Counted from the first letter of the whole stretch, positions 1-12,075 are shown. The stretch is 63,817 nucleotides of DNA, filler included, from Octopus bimaculoides (GCF_001194135.2; 6 parts of 5 records of this genome joined end to end with filler, not necessarily neighbours in it), one strand, 5' to 3'. Made by a program: numbers and translations. The notes: generated by a model from the sequence alone, not told the origin.

Positions 1-205
1 CTGGTAGCCCCGGTTGAGGTGCATAGGCTGAGATGACAGTAGCTAATCTATGATGAAGCACTAGTCTAATCTTAAGTACTCTGTCAATTACTCTAACGAC
101 CTCGATTACCTTATCCACCCATTTCTCCGCTAGAAGTATTCCTACGCCCCCGACCCCGTCAGTGTTCCCTGCCCAGAAAATCTTGTACCTGCGTTTCTGG
201 ATTAG
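1..205 (-). mobile_element. RTE-clade LINE, apurinic-endonuclease (APE) domain fragment; runs off the window edge
   Basis: Minus strand reads QKRRYKIFWAGNTDGVGGVGILLAEKWVDKVIEVVRVIDRVLKIRLVLHHRLATVISAYAPQPGLP, with the GVGILL and SAYAPQ motifs typical of RTE endonucleases. Confidence 0.85.
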
Positions 206-1146
206 GAGCGATAACACTCCATTTCCTTCATCGGTATGATATTCTAGTTGTAAATTCGACGGTGCTAGCAAAACTGTGCATGCATGAACGAGTGAACATC
301 ATGCATCGGCACAACCTGGAAGCACATCCGAACCCACATAGGCCAGCTTTTTAGCTGCTATTTCTGAACTTCAGTATGTGGTGAAGTATTTGCTGATCCC
401 TTAATTATGTTTATAAATGTATAAGAACTTTTAAATAAGTTCTCCACCGATAATGGTGTTTACATACCGAAGGGCTTGGTAAAATTATTAATTGTTAATT
501 TATTAATAANNNNNNNNNNNNNNNNNNNNNNNNNNNNNNNNNNNNNNNNNNNNNNNNNNNNNNNNNNNNNNNNNNNNNNNNNNNNNNNNNNNNNNNNNNN
601 NNNNNNNNNNNNNNNNNNNNNNNNNNNNNNNNNNNNNNNNNNNNNNNNNNNNNNNNNNNNNNNNNNNNNNNNNNNNNNNNNNNNNNNNNNNNNNNNNNNN
701 NNNNNNNNNNNNNNNNNNNNNNNNNNNNNNNNNNNNNNNNNNNNNNNNNNNNNNNNNNNNNNNNNNNNNNNNNNNNNNNNNNNNNNNNNNNNNNNNNNNN
801 NNNNNNNNNNNNNNNNNNNNNNNNNNNNNNNNNNNNNNNNNNNNNNNNNNNNNNNNNNNNNNNNNNNNNNNNNNNNNNNNNNNNNNNNNNNNNNNNNNNN
901 NNNNNNNNNNNNNNNNNNNNNNNNNNNNNNNNNNNNNNNNNNNNNNNNNNNNNNNNNNNNNNNNNNNNNNNNNNNNNNNNNNNNNNNNNNNNNNNNNNNN
1001 NNNNNNNNNNNNNNNNNNNNNNNNNNNNNNNNNNNNNNNNNNNNNNNNNNNNNNNNNNNNNNNNNNNNNNNNNNNNNNNNNNNNNNNNNNNNNNNNNNNN
1101 NNNNNNNNNNNNNNNNNNNNNNNNNNNNNNNNNNNNNNNNNNNNNN

Positions 1147-3407
1147 AAATAGGTGCGGTTTGGTCATCATGTCAAGTCATTTTGCTTTCCTTTTCTCTTC
1201 CCCTTTTCCTTCTGTTTTCCTCTTTCTTTTTTTTTTTTTCTCCTCTGAGTTATATTTAGAATACAAAATCAGGAAAAATAAGACACAAAGAGAAAATAAA
1301 AAATATTGATGCAGTTATATTTGCTGAAATTGCTGAGCAGAGTGACAACCAATGTCATGAAAAACTACAAAAACTATGGAAAGAAGCAGGAAGAAGAAAA
1401 ATCCATAAAAATGTGGGAAAAACAACAAGAGTGGTTCATTAACTATGAAAAAAAGACTATGGAGACAAATCCATTATGAAAACGAAACCAGGACAACAAA
1501 AAAGAAAAATATGAGCAAATTGAAAACAAACATAGACACCAACCCCAGAGGAACTGGACTAAGGTATCAAACTGCTAATTACCCAAGAACATACACAGAA
1601 ATGACCTCCATCTCACCCCAAGTACTCACTAGAAACCCATATTCTACAATACATAACACTGCAAATAGCCAACACATGAAATATAGAAGACAACCATCAC
1701 CCATAATTTCAAACATCATAGATGGATAAATACAAAAGAAAAAATATGAAAGACAAATAATATACAGACAACCATCAACCTGTAATAATATGTACCCTAG
1801 ATGGATGAATACATGGGAAAAAAGACAAATAAAATACGGACAACACAGGTACTATAATATGAATAATAATCATGGTGATAACTCAAGCAACCCACAATTT
1901 ATGACCAAAAATCCCATATATCCTGAATGGCATAGAGAACATAGAAACATAGAGAATGGGTAAATGAACACTTCAAGACTGACTTCATCACCAAGGCCAC
2001 ACACCTAGTACTAGAAGAAAATACCTTTAGATTCGACAATAAAACTTATCAACAGTTAAAGGGCATGGCTATAGGTATGCAGTTTGTGCCCTCATATGCA
2101 AACTTAGGTATGGGATACTTGGAAGAAAAACTTTATGAGGAAGTAGAAAACTTTTTTGATCAGGAGTACAAGAAATATATCATTAAAAAGTGGAAATGCT
2201 TCCTTGATGATTGCTTCATCTTCTGGGACAAATTGAATGAAGATCTAAATATATTTAACAATATACTGAACACACTTCACCCATCCATCAAATTCACGAC
2301 AGAATCCAGTTGCAATGAACTACCATTCTGGATATCCACATAAAAATACAGAACTCCAGTTACAACAGACATATTTTACAAAAAAACTGACACACACCAA
2401 TATTTCAATTTCTACTCTTGCCATCCATCACACATCAAAAGAAGCATCCCATACAGCATGGCAAGACGCATCTGTGCTATAGTGACTGACCCCAAAATAC
2501 GTGAAATCCGACTCAATGAAATCAAAGGTTTCCTTGCAATGCAGAAATACCCCTTAGGATTAATTAATGAGGGAATTAAAAAGGTGATGAAACTGAACAT
2601 CACCAACTATGGAGACCTAAGAAAAAAGTTAATGAAAACACGATTCCGTTCATTAACACACACAGTCCTGGAATAACCAGCATCTTTCATGCCATAAAAT
2701 CGAACTTACCTATATTCCTACAAAGCTTCAATATGAAAAATCTGATTGAAAAAACACCTTACGGAATAGCAGACACCAACCAAAAAATCTTAAAACACAC
2801 CTCGCAAGAGTAGAATTCAAATCAGAGAACAAATCAAAATTCTTAGCAAAAGAATGTGGAGATAGGAGATGTGGAACATGCAACAACATCAACAACTTCA
2901 AATACTTGGAAAGTGGTTCTCACATGAAATTCAAGAGCAGATCCCTTTTCAAAATAAAAGCAGATATAAAACGCAAAATGTCATATACTGCATTACCTGC
3001 CCAAACTGCAAAGAAAATTACATTGGCGAAACAAATAATTCCCTCTGCCATCATGCAAGAATCCACAGGCAACATATCTGATAAGAGGAATTACGCAAGA
3101 TTCCATTAAGTAATATGGAAATATGCAGTGACAGAAAATTCAAAATTTTTCCCTTTTACAGACTACATTTCATCAAAAAATTCTCTCCAAAATTGAATGT
3201 TTGAAAGATGAATGGAGACAGTACATTTTTAACTACATTTCATGAAAAAATTCCCTCCAAAATTGAATGTTTGGAAGGGGAGACAGTACATTTTGTATTC
3301 TAAATACAACTCAAAGAGTAGAAAAAGAAGGAAAGAGGAAAAACGGAAAAGGGGAAGAAGGAAGAAAAGCAAAATGACTTTCAGTGATGTCCAAACCGCT
3401 CCTATTT
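1147..3407 (+). mobile_element. Decayed Penelope-like retroelement (RT + GIY-YIG endonuclease) with inverted terminal arms
   Basis: Frameshifted ORF pieces show PLE RT motifs (KGMAIGMQFVPSYANL, CFLDDCF, HPSIKFT, ELPF, KKTDTHQY, CHPSH) at ~1980-2670 and GIY-YIG (NVIYCITCPNCKENYIGET) at ~2970-3080. Arms 1147-1269 and 3290-3407 are reverse complements. Confidence 0.9.
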
Positions 3408-3894
3408 TTTTTTTGAAGAGGTCACCATCATTAAACCTATTCCAATACAATAGTAAAGGACTAAATAAATAAATGAATAGGAAGAGGGATACCCCTTCTC
3501 TCTCTCTATCAATCAATCAATCAATCAGCCTGTCTACCTAGCTATATTTCTATCTATCCATCTCCATTGTCACGGAACCTCACCCAAAAAACAAAAACAA
3601 TGTTCTCTTCTAAACAAAACCCCACCAAAACATCTGTTTTATATAAATGAACAAGCTGTTTGTACATTCACAAAATTATATTTGCTGAGTTTGAGAAAGG
3701 AACGAACGCACTAATAATAATGAAAAAATAAAAAAAAAATTTTTTCCCAAAATTCTGATGACATTTTTCTCAATATTTAATTTCTATACATCACACACAC
3801 ACACAAACACACACTCTCTCTCTCTCACTCTCTATCTCTTCATATATATATATGTGTATGTATACACATAGATATATATACATATATAGTGAGA

Positions 3895-4075
3895 ATTTAC
3901 AAAAACAACAAGACGAAGATGGGTGTGTAAGCAACAGACAGATGTATTAGTTTAATGCTTGGGAAGTGAGAAAGTCTTTTACGCTTTGAGCCTATGCTCT
4001 TCGACAGAAAGGAACGCAGAAATAAACAGGGAGAGAAAATAGAAAAAGGTTTAGTGGCTAGCGATCTATCGTGGC
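3895..4075 (-). mobile_element. Short non-autonomous PLE-derived element carrying a degenerate minimal hammerhead motif (3975-4011)
   Basis: Reverse complement CTTT-CTGTCGA-A-GAGC-ATAG-GCTC-AAAGC-GTA-AAAG; same family as 11515-11680; abuts TA-rich microsatellite. Confidence 0.65.
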
Positions 4076-4418
4076 GAATATATACATACATACATACATN
4101 NNNNNNNNNNNNNNNNNNNNNNNNNNNNNNNNNNNNNNNNNNNNNNNNNNNNNNNNNNNNNNNNNNNNNNNNNNNNNNNNNNNNNNNNNNNNNNNNNNNN
4201 NNNNNNNNNNNNNNNNNNNNNNNNNNNNNNNNNNNNNNNNNNNNNNNNNNNNNNNNNNNNNNNNNNNNNNNNNNNNNNNNNNNNNNNNNNNNNNNNNNNN
4301 NNNNNNNNNNNNNNNNNNNNNNNNNNNNNNNNNNNNNNNNNNNNNNNNNNNNNNNNNNNNNNNNNNNNNNNNNNNNNNNNNNNNNNNNNNNNATATAATA
4401 TATAGATATATATATATA

Positions 4419-4802
4419 TGGCTGTGTGGTAAGTAGCTTGCTTACCAACCACATGGTGCGGGGTTCAGTCCCTCTGCATGACACCCTGGCTGAGTGTCTT
4501 CTACTATAGCCTCAGGGCGACCAAATCCTTGAGTGGATTTGGTAGATGGAAACTGAAAGAAGCCCGTCGTATATATAAGTATATATTTATGTGTGTCTTT
4601 GTGTCTGTTTTTGCCTCCCCACTCCACTGTCGCTTAACGATCGGTGAGTTTATGTCCCCATAACTTAGCGGTTTGGCAAAAAAAAGACCGATATAATAAG
4701 TACCAAGCTTACAAAGAATAAGTCCTGGTGTCAATTTGTTCGACTAAAAGGCAGTGCTCCAGTATGGCCACAGTCAAAGGACTGAAACAAATATAAGAAT
4801 AA
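4419..4802 (+). mobile_element. tRNA-derived SINE (family also at 18017-18183 -, 22300-22825 +, 35560-35810 + partial, 60250-60560 +)
   Basis: Multiple diverged copies in the window share GGCTGTGTGGTAAG...GGTTCAGTCCC head, ...GGATTTGGTAGACGGAAACTGAAAGAAGCCCGTCG core and ...GACTGAAACAAATAAAAGAATA tail. Confidence 0.85.
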
Positions 4803-5446
4803 AAAATTTGTTAAGCGCGGATGTTCGTGGTATGAACAGAATTGGTATTGACTTAGAGCTAGATAACAACAAATTCCAGTTCACCGGGAAATTGTCTTTC
4901 CTCTGTGGATATTCAACAGTTTCTCTGGATATAAGAATTATTTTTAAAAATTTTATTTTGAAATAATTCTGAGTCAAGAGTGTGCGATCCGGTCTGTATA
5001 CTCACTTGTAGCCATTTCCCTTAATTCGTGCACCTGTTCCTTGTCTTGTTTCAATGACTTTTCAGCTGGTGATGTATGTGTATAAAAATAAACCTACATC
5101 TTAGTAAGTAAAATACAGAACAGTCAACAGCATGACAAAGACATAAAGATACGAAATAAATCATATTGAAAAAATCGTCAAAAATACGATGAAATATTTA
5201 ATTATATCACATTTTGTCTCGCCGTTCGATTTCAGTAATAAAATTTTACGAATATTTATCGCAGAAAACAGATGGCTAACGTAATTAATGCTGCAGAACA
5301 GGAAGTTAGTGTTATGGGAAGGCGGTGTTTACTAAATAAAGCACTTTCATTTGTTTATTGCGTTGTGTAGGACAAGGTCGCGCGTTAGACGTGTTCATGC
5401 TAAAATTACTTTAGCGATTTGCGGCAGTTCTACAGATCTTGTCATC

Positions 5447-5621
5447 ATGGATATGATTTACGGAATTAGTAATGCAGTCGTTTCGCTGCTTCCCAAACAG
5501 AGTGTTGTTGCTGAACAAGTGAAAGAAGTAATGTTATCAAATGCTCCTGGAACTAATTTTGTTCGGTTGGCCGGCATCTCTGGTGCTTTAGCTGTTGGGA
5601 TGGCGGCTATCGGGGCACATG
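5447..5621 (+). CDS. TMEM256: TMEM256-family (DUF423) membrane protein, coding exon 1
   Basis: ATG in gtcatcATGG context; encodes MDMIYGISNAVV...FVRLAGISGALAVGMAAIGAH, the conserved N-terminal TMEM256 helix motif; GTAAGT donor at 5622 (phase 1). Confidence 0.92.
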
Positions 5622-6504
5622 GTAAGTAGTTATCCTCGTAGTAAACACTTATTTAGTATTTCTAGTGGATATAAATGTTTGTCGTCTATAATCTTCGAAT
5701 GACTACTAATATCACAAGTTGCTGAAACGACGTTAATTTTCACCATTCAGCGGTCGGATCGGAATGTGTCTCACCTTGTATTGTTCCATCAGTATGGTGC
5801 TATATCTCACACAGTTGTAATTTTGGTAGTAGTTTTTTTTAGCTTATATATATATATACATAGTAATAAGCCTTTCACTTTTTTCTATTTAAAGGGTTTT
5901 TAATTCGATATTTACATGCTATTATTTATAACTTTGTGTTTCGAGATCCACTGTCCCCCCACCCACCGTCAAAAAAAAAAAAGAAAACACAAAAAGAAAA
6001 CTATATAAAATCTGTTTTCCTTGCTGGCATTATTTCGATAGCCCATTTCGCTGATCATCTCAAACCCGATCTACTTTAACTCAAGTACACAATGTATTAT
6101 ATCCACTGTTGATAACGTCCATGTCGTACATAGTTAAATTACATGCAGCATTTATCATCCATCTGTATCATAAATCCGTTACAGTGCTGTTGTCTCTGCG
6201 TATGTTAGCTATTTTGATAATCCGAGTCACACAGCTGGCATACTTTTAATTTGCTTTTTGATATTTTTGAAGTAACATCTTTCTTTTAATGGTTTCAGTC
6301 ATTGAACTGGCCCTGGTAGGGCTTCACCTTTGAGGGTTTTAATCAATTGTATCAATCTGGTAATTATTTTAGCTTCCTTGACAGAGTTGGCCAAGCGCAA
6401 AAGTACATAACTGGGATGAAACCACAAGGTATTTTTGGCTCAAAACATCAATTTTGCCATCTCTCACCAACACACACTCACATGTATATACGTGTGTGTG
6501 TATG

Positions 6505-6815
6505 TATCATCATCATTATCATCATCGTTTAACGTCCGCTTTCGATGCTAGCATGGGTTGGACGATTTGACTGAGGACTGGCAAGCCAGAAGGCTGCACC
6601 AGGCTCCAATCTGATCTGGCAGAGTTTCTACAGCTGGATGCCCTTCCTAACGCCAACCACTCCGAGAGTGTAGTGGGTGCTTTTACGTGCCACCGGCACG
6701 AGGGCCAGTCACACAGTACTGGCAACGGCCACGCTCAAAAAGGTGTTTTTTACGTGCCACCTGCACAGGAGCCAGTCCAGTGGCACTGGCAACGACCACG
6801 CTCGAATGATTTTCT
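6505..6815 (-). mobile_element. RTE-family 3' end ending in (GAT)n; further copies ~10140-10420, 14650-14790, 16130-16620, 17890-17990, 18735-18900 (-) and 24290-24690 (+)
   Basis: Shared CATCATCGTTTAACGTCCGCTTTCCATGCTAGCATGGGTTGGACG...GGATGCCCTTCCTAACGCCAACC; at 24125-24690 the same sequence directly follows RTE C-terminal coding remnants. Confidence 0.8.
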
Positions 6816-6890
6816 AACATGCTTCCAGCACAAGTGCTACACACACATATATACATACATGTATGTTTGTATATATATCTATATACACAT

Positions 6891-7759
6891 GGTCTGATCA
6901 ATGAGTATCTGGACTGTTGCCATAGTAATGAAGCTAAAGTATGCATAGTGAAGCTGTTTGGCACAGATTGACCTTGAACTCTACTGTGTATGCACACTAA
7001 GTTTTAATGTTCTAGCTCACTTCCACTGTTTACAGCAGTGCTTGGAAGGATGGTGTGTAGCATATGATCATCACATTGATCATGACAGAGAAAGCTGAGC
7101 AGAGAATCTGCATTAAATTTTGCCAAAAGCTTGGCGGTACCTGCTCAGAGGCCTACACAAAGTTTTCATTGTTCTCGACACAATCAAGGAGATCTTGTGC
7201 AAGTAAAACCTGAGTGTCTTTTAGGGCAGCTGAAAGCAGTTTTGGCACAAACTTGGCAGACACACGTCTCATACCCAAATCGTCAGTGATAACTGAACCG
7301 TAACTAATCTGTACATCCTCTGATAACTCATGGATGGTGATTTGAAGATTTTCCCTCACAGCTGCAGGCACATCTGGGATGTATTTCTCAGTTCTGCTGG
7401 TTACGGGTCTCTCAGAACATTCGTCAATATTGATATTTTCTTGGCCATCTTGGAAACGTCTGAACCACTCATACACAATTGTGCAGCTCATACACTCCTC
7501 TCCATACCCTCTCTACAACTTTGCATCAGCATCTGAGTAGGTATTGCCAGGACAGCTTTCTCTATCATGGTCAATACAATGATCACACACTACACACCTT
7601 CCATCCAATCACTGCTGTAAACAGCAGAAGTGAGCTGGAATGTTAAAATTCAGTGCACAAGCACAACAGAGTTCAAGGTCAATGTTTGCATAGTAGCTTC
7701 ACTCTGCATGCTTTAGCTTTGTCACTATGGCAACAGTCTGGATACTTATTGATCAGATC
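6891..7759. mobile_element. Mariner-family deletion derivative made of two inverted left ends
   Basis: Arms 6891-7097 and 7553-7759 are inverted copies starting G(G/A)TCTGATCAAT(G/A)AGTATC. + strand reads MTEKAEQRICIKFCQKLGGTCSEAY; - strand reads MSCTIVYEWFRRFQDG...DDLGMRRVSAKFVPKLL (mariner HTH/linker). Confidence 0.88.
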
Positions 7760-7990
7760 TCATATATATATATATATATATTCCACAATGTAACCTCGTG
7801 GATATCGTTGGCGATTTTTTTCTTCCTCCGTCTTCCCTTCTTTGGACTCTCCTATGTTTCTGACGAAGAGCTCCACGCGAAACGTCAAATTCTCTTTCTT
7901 TCCTTTCCCAAGCGTCCAATAACACAATCTGTATCATGTCCTCGCGTTGTTGTTTTTTGTTGTTTTTTTGTCATTTTTCTTTTTTGAACT
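7760..7990 (+). mobile_element. Short PLE-derived element with minimal hammerhead motif (7857-7889), sense in TMEM256 intron 1
   Basis: TTT-CTGACGA-A-GAGCTCCACGC-GAAA-C-GTC-AAA; flanked by (TA)n; downstream sequence related to the 3895/11515 family. Confidence 0.65.
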
Positions 7991-8159
7991 TATATATGTA
8001 GAAATATATATTGGTATGTTGGTGCAAACAGGAAAAATAGGACTCAAGATATGAGTACCTGTATATTTTTATTAATATTTAGCAATATGCATGTACATAC
8101 ATATGTATATATATATATTTATATATGTTATTCTTTTTGTTTTATTCTGGAATAAATCT

Positions 8160-8486
8160 GAGTGAGTGGTTAGAGCATTGGGCTCACAGTCATGGGGTAC
8201 TGATTCCTAGACTGAGCTGTGTGTTGTGTTCTTGAACAAGACACTTTATTTCATGTTGCTCCAGTTCACTCAGCTGTAGAAATGAGTTGTGATGTCACTG
8301 GTGCCAAGCTGTATTGGTTTTTGCCTTTCCCTTGGATAACATCGGTGGTTGTGGAGAGGGGAGGTTGGTATGCATGGGCAACTGCTGGTCTTCCATACAA
8401 CCTTGCCTGGGCTTGTGCCTTGAGGGGAACTTTCTTGGTACAATCCCATGGTCATTCATGATGGAAAGGGGTCTTTACCCTTCTAC

Positions 8487-8487
<1 letters not shown>
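8160..8487 (+). mobile_element. tRNA-derived SINE, second family
   Basis: Degenerate A/B-box head (GAGTGGTTAGAGC...GATTCC) followed by GCAAGACACTTTATTTCA...CACTCAGCTGTAGAAATGAGT core. Confidence 0.6.
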
Positions 8488-8519
<32 letters not shown>

Positions 8520-10419
8520 NNNNNNNNNNNNNNNNNNNNNNNNNNNNNNNNNNNNNNNNNNNNNNNNNNNNNNNNNNNNNNNNNNNNNNNNNNNNNNNNN
8601 NNNNNNNNNNNNNNNNNNNNNNNNNNNNNNNNNNNNNNNNNNNNNNNNNNNNNNNNNNNNNNNNNNNNNNNNNNNNNNNNNNNNNNNNNNNNNNNNNNNN
8701 NNNNNNNNNNNNNNNNNNNNNNNNNNNNNNNNNNNNNNNNNNNNNNNNNNNNNNNNNNNNNNNNNNNNNNNNNNNNNNNNNNNNNNNNNNNNNNNNNNNN
8801 NNNNNNNNNNNNNNNNNNNNNNNNNNNNNNNNNNNNNNNNNNNNNNNNNNNNNNNNNNNNNNNNNNNNNNNNNNNNNNNNNNNNNNNNNNNNNNNNNNNN
8901 NNNNNNNNNNNNNNNNNNNNNNNNNNNNNNNNNNNNNNNNNNNNNNNNNNNNNNNNNNNNNNNNNNNNNNNNNNNNNNNNNNNNNNNNNNNNNNNNNNNN
9001 NNNNNNNNNNNNNNNNNNGAAGGCCTGCAAAATGTTAGAAAGAAATGAAGCCAGCATCCTCTGATGGATGTGTGATGTTAGTATGCATGAATGCCAGAGT
9101 ACACATGAGCTGAGAGAGAAACTGGGTAAGTGGGATCAGATGTGGTGGGCAGGAGAGAGAGTTATGCTGATATGGACAGAAAGATATGAAAAGTGCTCAA
9201 AGTAAATGGAACCTGTCGAAAAGGGAAGCAAAGGAAGACTTGGGACAAAGTAGTGAAAACTGATCTGAAGATGCTGCATCTCACTGAGGAGGTGACAAGG
9301 GATCATGTGTTAATGATACATGGTGCTGCAGAAGGACCAACAATCCATGGCAAAACTTGCCCCAACATGAGGGCAGTGTTTAAAGACTGGGATACTTTTG
9401 TTCCTGCCAAGATTACAATCTGCTTCCCGTGTCACCTTGCATCCGATCCCTTTCTCTTCTACCTACCACTCACTCTTCTCATTTGTAGCCCCCATTTTCC
9501 ATCTCCCCATTACATGTGCTGACTGCATCATTCTCTTCCTTCTTGGCCACTTTTATTGCCACCCATCAGCTACTCTTTAGCTTATTCACCTTTTTCCCCT
9601 CCATGCAATCACATCCCTTCTGATTACACCTCAAAGAATCCTGTCCTCAACATCATAGTCCTGATCCTCCCACCCTCTCATTCTGATCCTTCTGATGTCA
9701 CCACTCTCGCTTCTAACTCTGTCTCTGGCTATGCTCCTTTCACCCCTTTCTGGCCATGCTGCTTCGCTGCTCCTTTTCATATTCCTCCCTTTTTCTTAGT
9801 CTACATATCTTATATTATTGAATATTCTCATCATTTCCTATGCACAAGGCACCTCCCCTACCACCAAATCCTGTGCTGGTTCCACAATAGAAAGCTGCTA
9901 AATTGTATCAATTCTAGAATGAATACTTAGCATGATAACCTATCTAGAGCCACTGCCATGAAAAAAATGCACCCTGTAAACATCAAAAAGCAGAGAAAGT
10001 GAAGCTGTGGGGTCCCTGTAATCCTTTCTCACTGAGAACTATTCAACCAGACTAGTGTTGATACCATGAGGAAATGCACCCTGTTCACTCAGAAGAGTGG
10101 CTGGTGAAAGGAAAGACATCAAACTGTAGAACCAGCAGCAATACTGACATATCATCATCATCATTTAACATCAGCTTTCTATGTTAGCATGGGTTATTCG
10201 GTTTATCTGGGACTGGTAAGCCAGATAGCTGCATCAGGTTCCAGTCTAATTTAGCATGGTTTCTATGGCTGGGTGCCCTTCCTAATGCAAACCACTCCAA
10301 GAATGTAATGGGTGCTTTTTATGTGCTACCAGCACAAGTGTCATTTACATGAAACTGGCAGTGGTCATGATTATGATTTCACAGATGCTATTTACATGAT
10401 ACTGGCAATGACCACAACT

Positions 10420-11000
10420 ACAATTTCATTTGGCTTCATGAGTCTTCTCAAGCACTGCATATTGCCAAAGACCTTGGGCACTTGTCACCACCTCCATGAG
10501 GCCCAGTATTCGAAGACCACCTCGTCCCGTGTTTTTCTGGGTCTATCTCTTCCACAGTTAGAGATCAGCACTTCCTTACTCAGCTGTCATCATCCATACA
10601 CATCACCCAACCATACTAGCACAGTTGTCTCTTTTGCATACCACATCTCATACCTCTTATGCCCAGTTTTTCTCTCAAGATATTTACACTCTGTTGTACA
10701 TGCACACTGACATTTCACATCCAGCAAAGCATACTAACTTCATTTCTTTCAAGCCTTTGCATATTCTCTGTGGTCAAAGCCCATGTTTCACTGTTGTGTA
10801 GCATGGCTATTCGCACACAGGCATCATACAGTCTGCCTTTTACTCTGAGGGAAAGGCCCTTTGTTACCAACAGAGGTAGAAGCTCTCTGAACTTTGCCCA
10901 GCCTATTCTTATTATAGCAGGAAGGCTCTTGGAGCATCCAGCTCCACTGTTGACTTGGTCATCTTCATAACAGATGCTATCAACTACTTCTAGGTATTCC
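10420..11000 (-). mobile_element. RTE LINE 3' coding remnant; similar copies ~9060-9310 (+), 16600-16910 (-), 19060-19650 (-), 24125-24290 (+)
   Basis: Minus strand reads IRIGWAKFRELLPLLVTKGLSLRVKGRLYDACVRIAMLHNSETW, with stops and frameshifts. Confidence 0.85.
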
Positions 11001-11004
11001 CCTA

Positions 11005-11039
<35 letters not shown>

Positions 11040-11514
11040 NNNNNNNNNNNNNNNNNNNNNNNNNNNNNNNNNNNNNNNNNNNNNNNNNNNNNNNNNNNNN
11101 NNNNNNNNNNNNNNNNNNNNNNNNNNNNNNNNNNNNNNNNNNNNNNNNNNNNNNNNNNNNNNNNNNNNNNNNNNNNNNNNNNNNNNNNNNNNNNNNNNNN
11201 NNNNNNNNNNNNNNNNNNNNNNNNNNNNNNNNNNNNNNNNNNNNNNNNNNNNNNNNNNNNNNNNNNNNNNNNNNNNNNNNNNNNNNNNNNNNNNNNNNNN
11301 NNNNNNNNNNNNNNNNNNNNNNNNNNNNNNNNNNNNNNNNNNNNNNNNNNNNNNNNNNNNNNNNNNNNNNNNNNNNNNNNNNNNNNNNNNNNNNNNNNNN
11401 NNNNNNNNNNNNNNNNNNNNNNNNNNNNNNNNNNNNNNNNNNNNNNNNNNNNNNNNNNNNNNNNNNNNNNNNNNNNNNNNNNNNNNNNNNNNNNNNNNNN
11501 NNNNNNNNNNNNNN

Positions 11515-11680
11515 AGTTTACGAAAAAAACAACAGACGAGGACAGGTGGTGTAAACGACAAAAGGATGTATTAGTTTAACGCTCGGGAATAGAGAAAGTC
11601 TTTAACGTTTCGAGCTATGCTCTTCAACAGAAAGAATAAGGAGAAAACCACGGAGAAAAAAAAATTTGAATGTCGTGTAT
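11515..11680 (-). mobile_element. Short PLE-derived element with well-paired minimal hammerhead motif (11599-11635)
   Basis: Reverse complement TCTTT-CTGTTGA-A-GAGC-ATA-GCTC-GAAA-C-GTT-AAAGA: 5-bp helix I, 4-bp helix II, ACGT palindrome. Confidence 0.7.
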
Positions 11681-11869
11681 ATATATATGTATATATATAT
11701 ATATAGTTCAAAAAAACAATAACAAAAAAACAAAAAAGTGAGGACGTGATATGGATAGTATTATTGGATGCTCAGGAAAGGAAAGAGGTATATATATATA
11801 TATATATATATTTATATTCTTACATATGTATGCTTTGCAGCATTTCACCTATCTATGTTCTAAGGCAGT

Positions 11870-12075
11870 GAGCTGACGGAGTTGTTTGCATGCTGGGTAA
11901 AATGCTTAGTGGCATTTCATCCATTTTTACATTCTGAGTTCAAATTCTGTTAAAGTTGACTTTGGCTTTCATCCTTTCAAGCTTGAGAAATAAGTACCAC
12001 TTGAGCACTGGGGTTGATGTAATCGACTTACCAGCTCCCCAAAAATTGCTGGCGTTGTGCCAAAATTTGAAACCA
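11870..12075 (+). mobile_element. tRNA-derived SINE, third family (also 17520-17750 -, 27662-27875 +, ~32365-32480 +, ~58190-58430 fragments, 60139-60240 +)
   Basis: Shared GAGCTGGCAGAA...AAATGCTTAGCGGTATTTCGTC...TTCTGAGTTCAAATTCCGCCGAGGTCGACTTTGCCTT...GGGGTCGATAAA; GAGTTCAAATTCC is a B-box-like motif. Confidence 0.85.

Noticed and set aside
460-1309. Long ORFs containing poly-X (also 3897-4484, 8314-9057, 10974-11579, 16707-17445, 47972-49230, 52211-52900)
   Set aside because: They are open only because N gaps contain no stops. Only the 47980-48310 part of the '410 aa' ORF is a credible exon.
5351-5446. Upstream extension of the TMEM256 ORF shown in the track
   Set aside because: It starts at a non-ATG codon; the ATG at 5447 has good context and gives a family-like protein.
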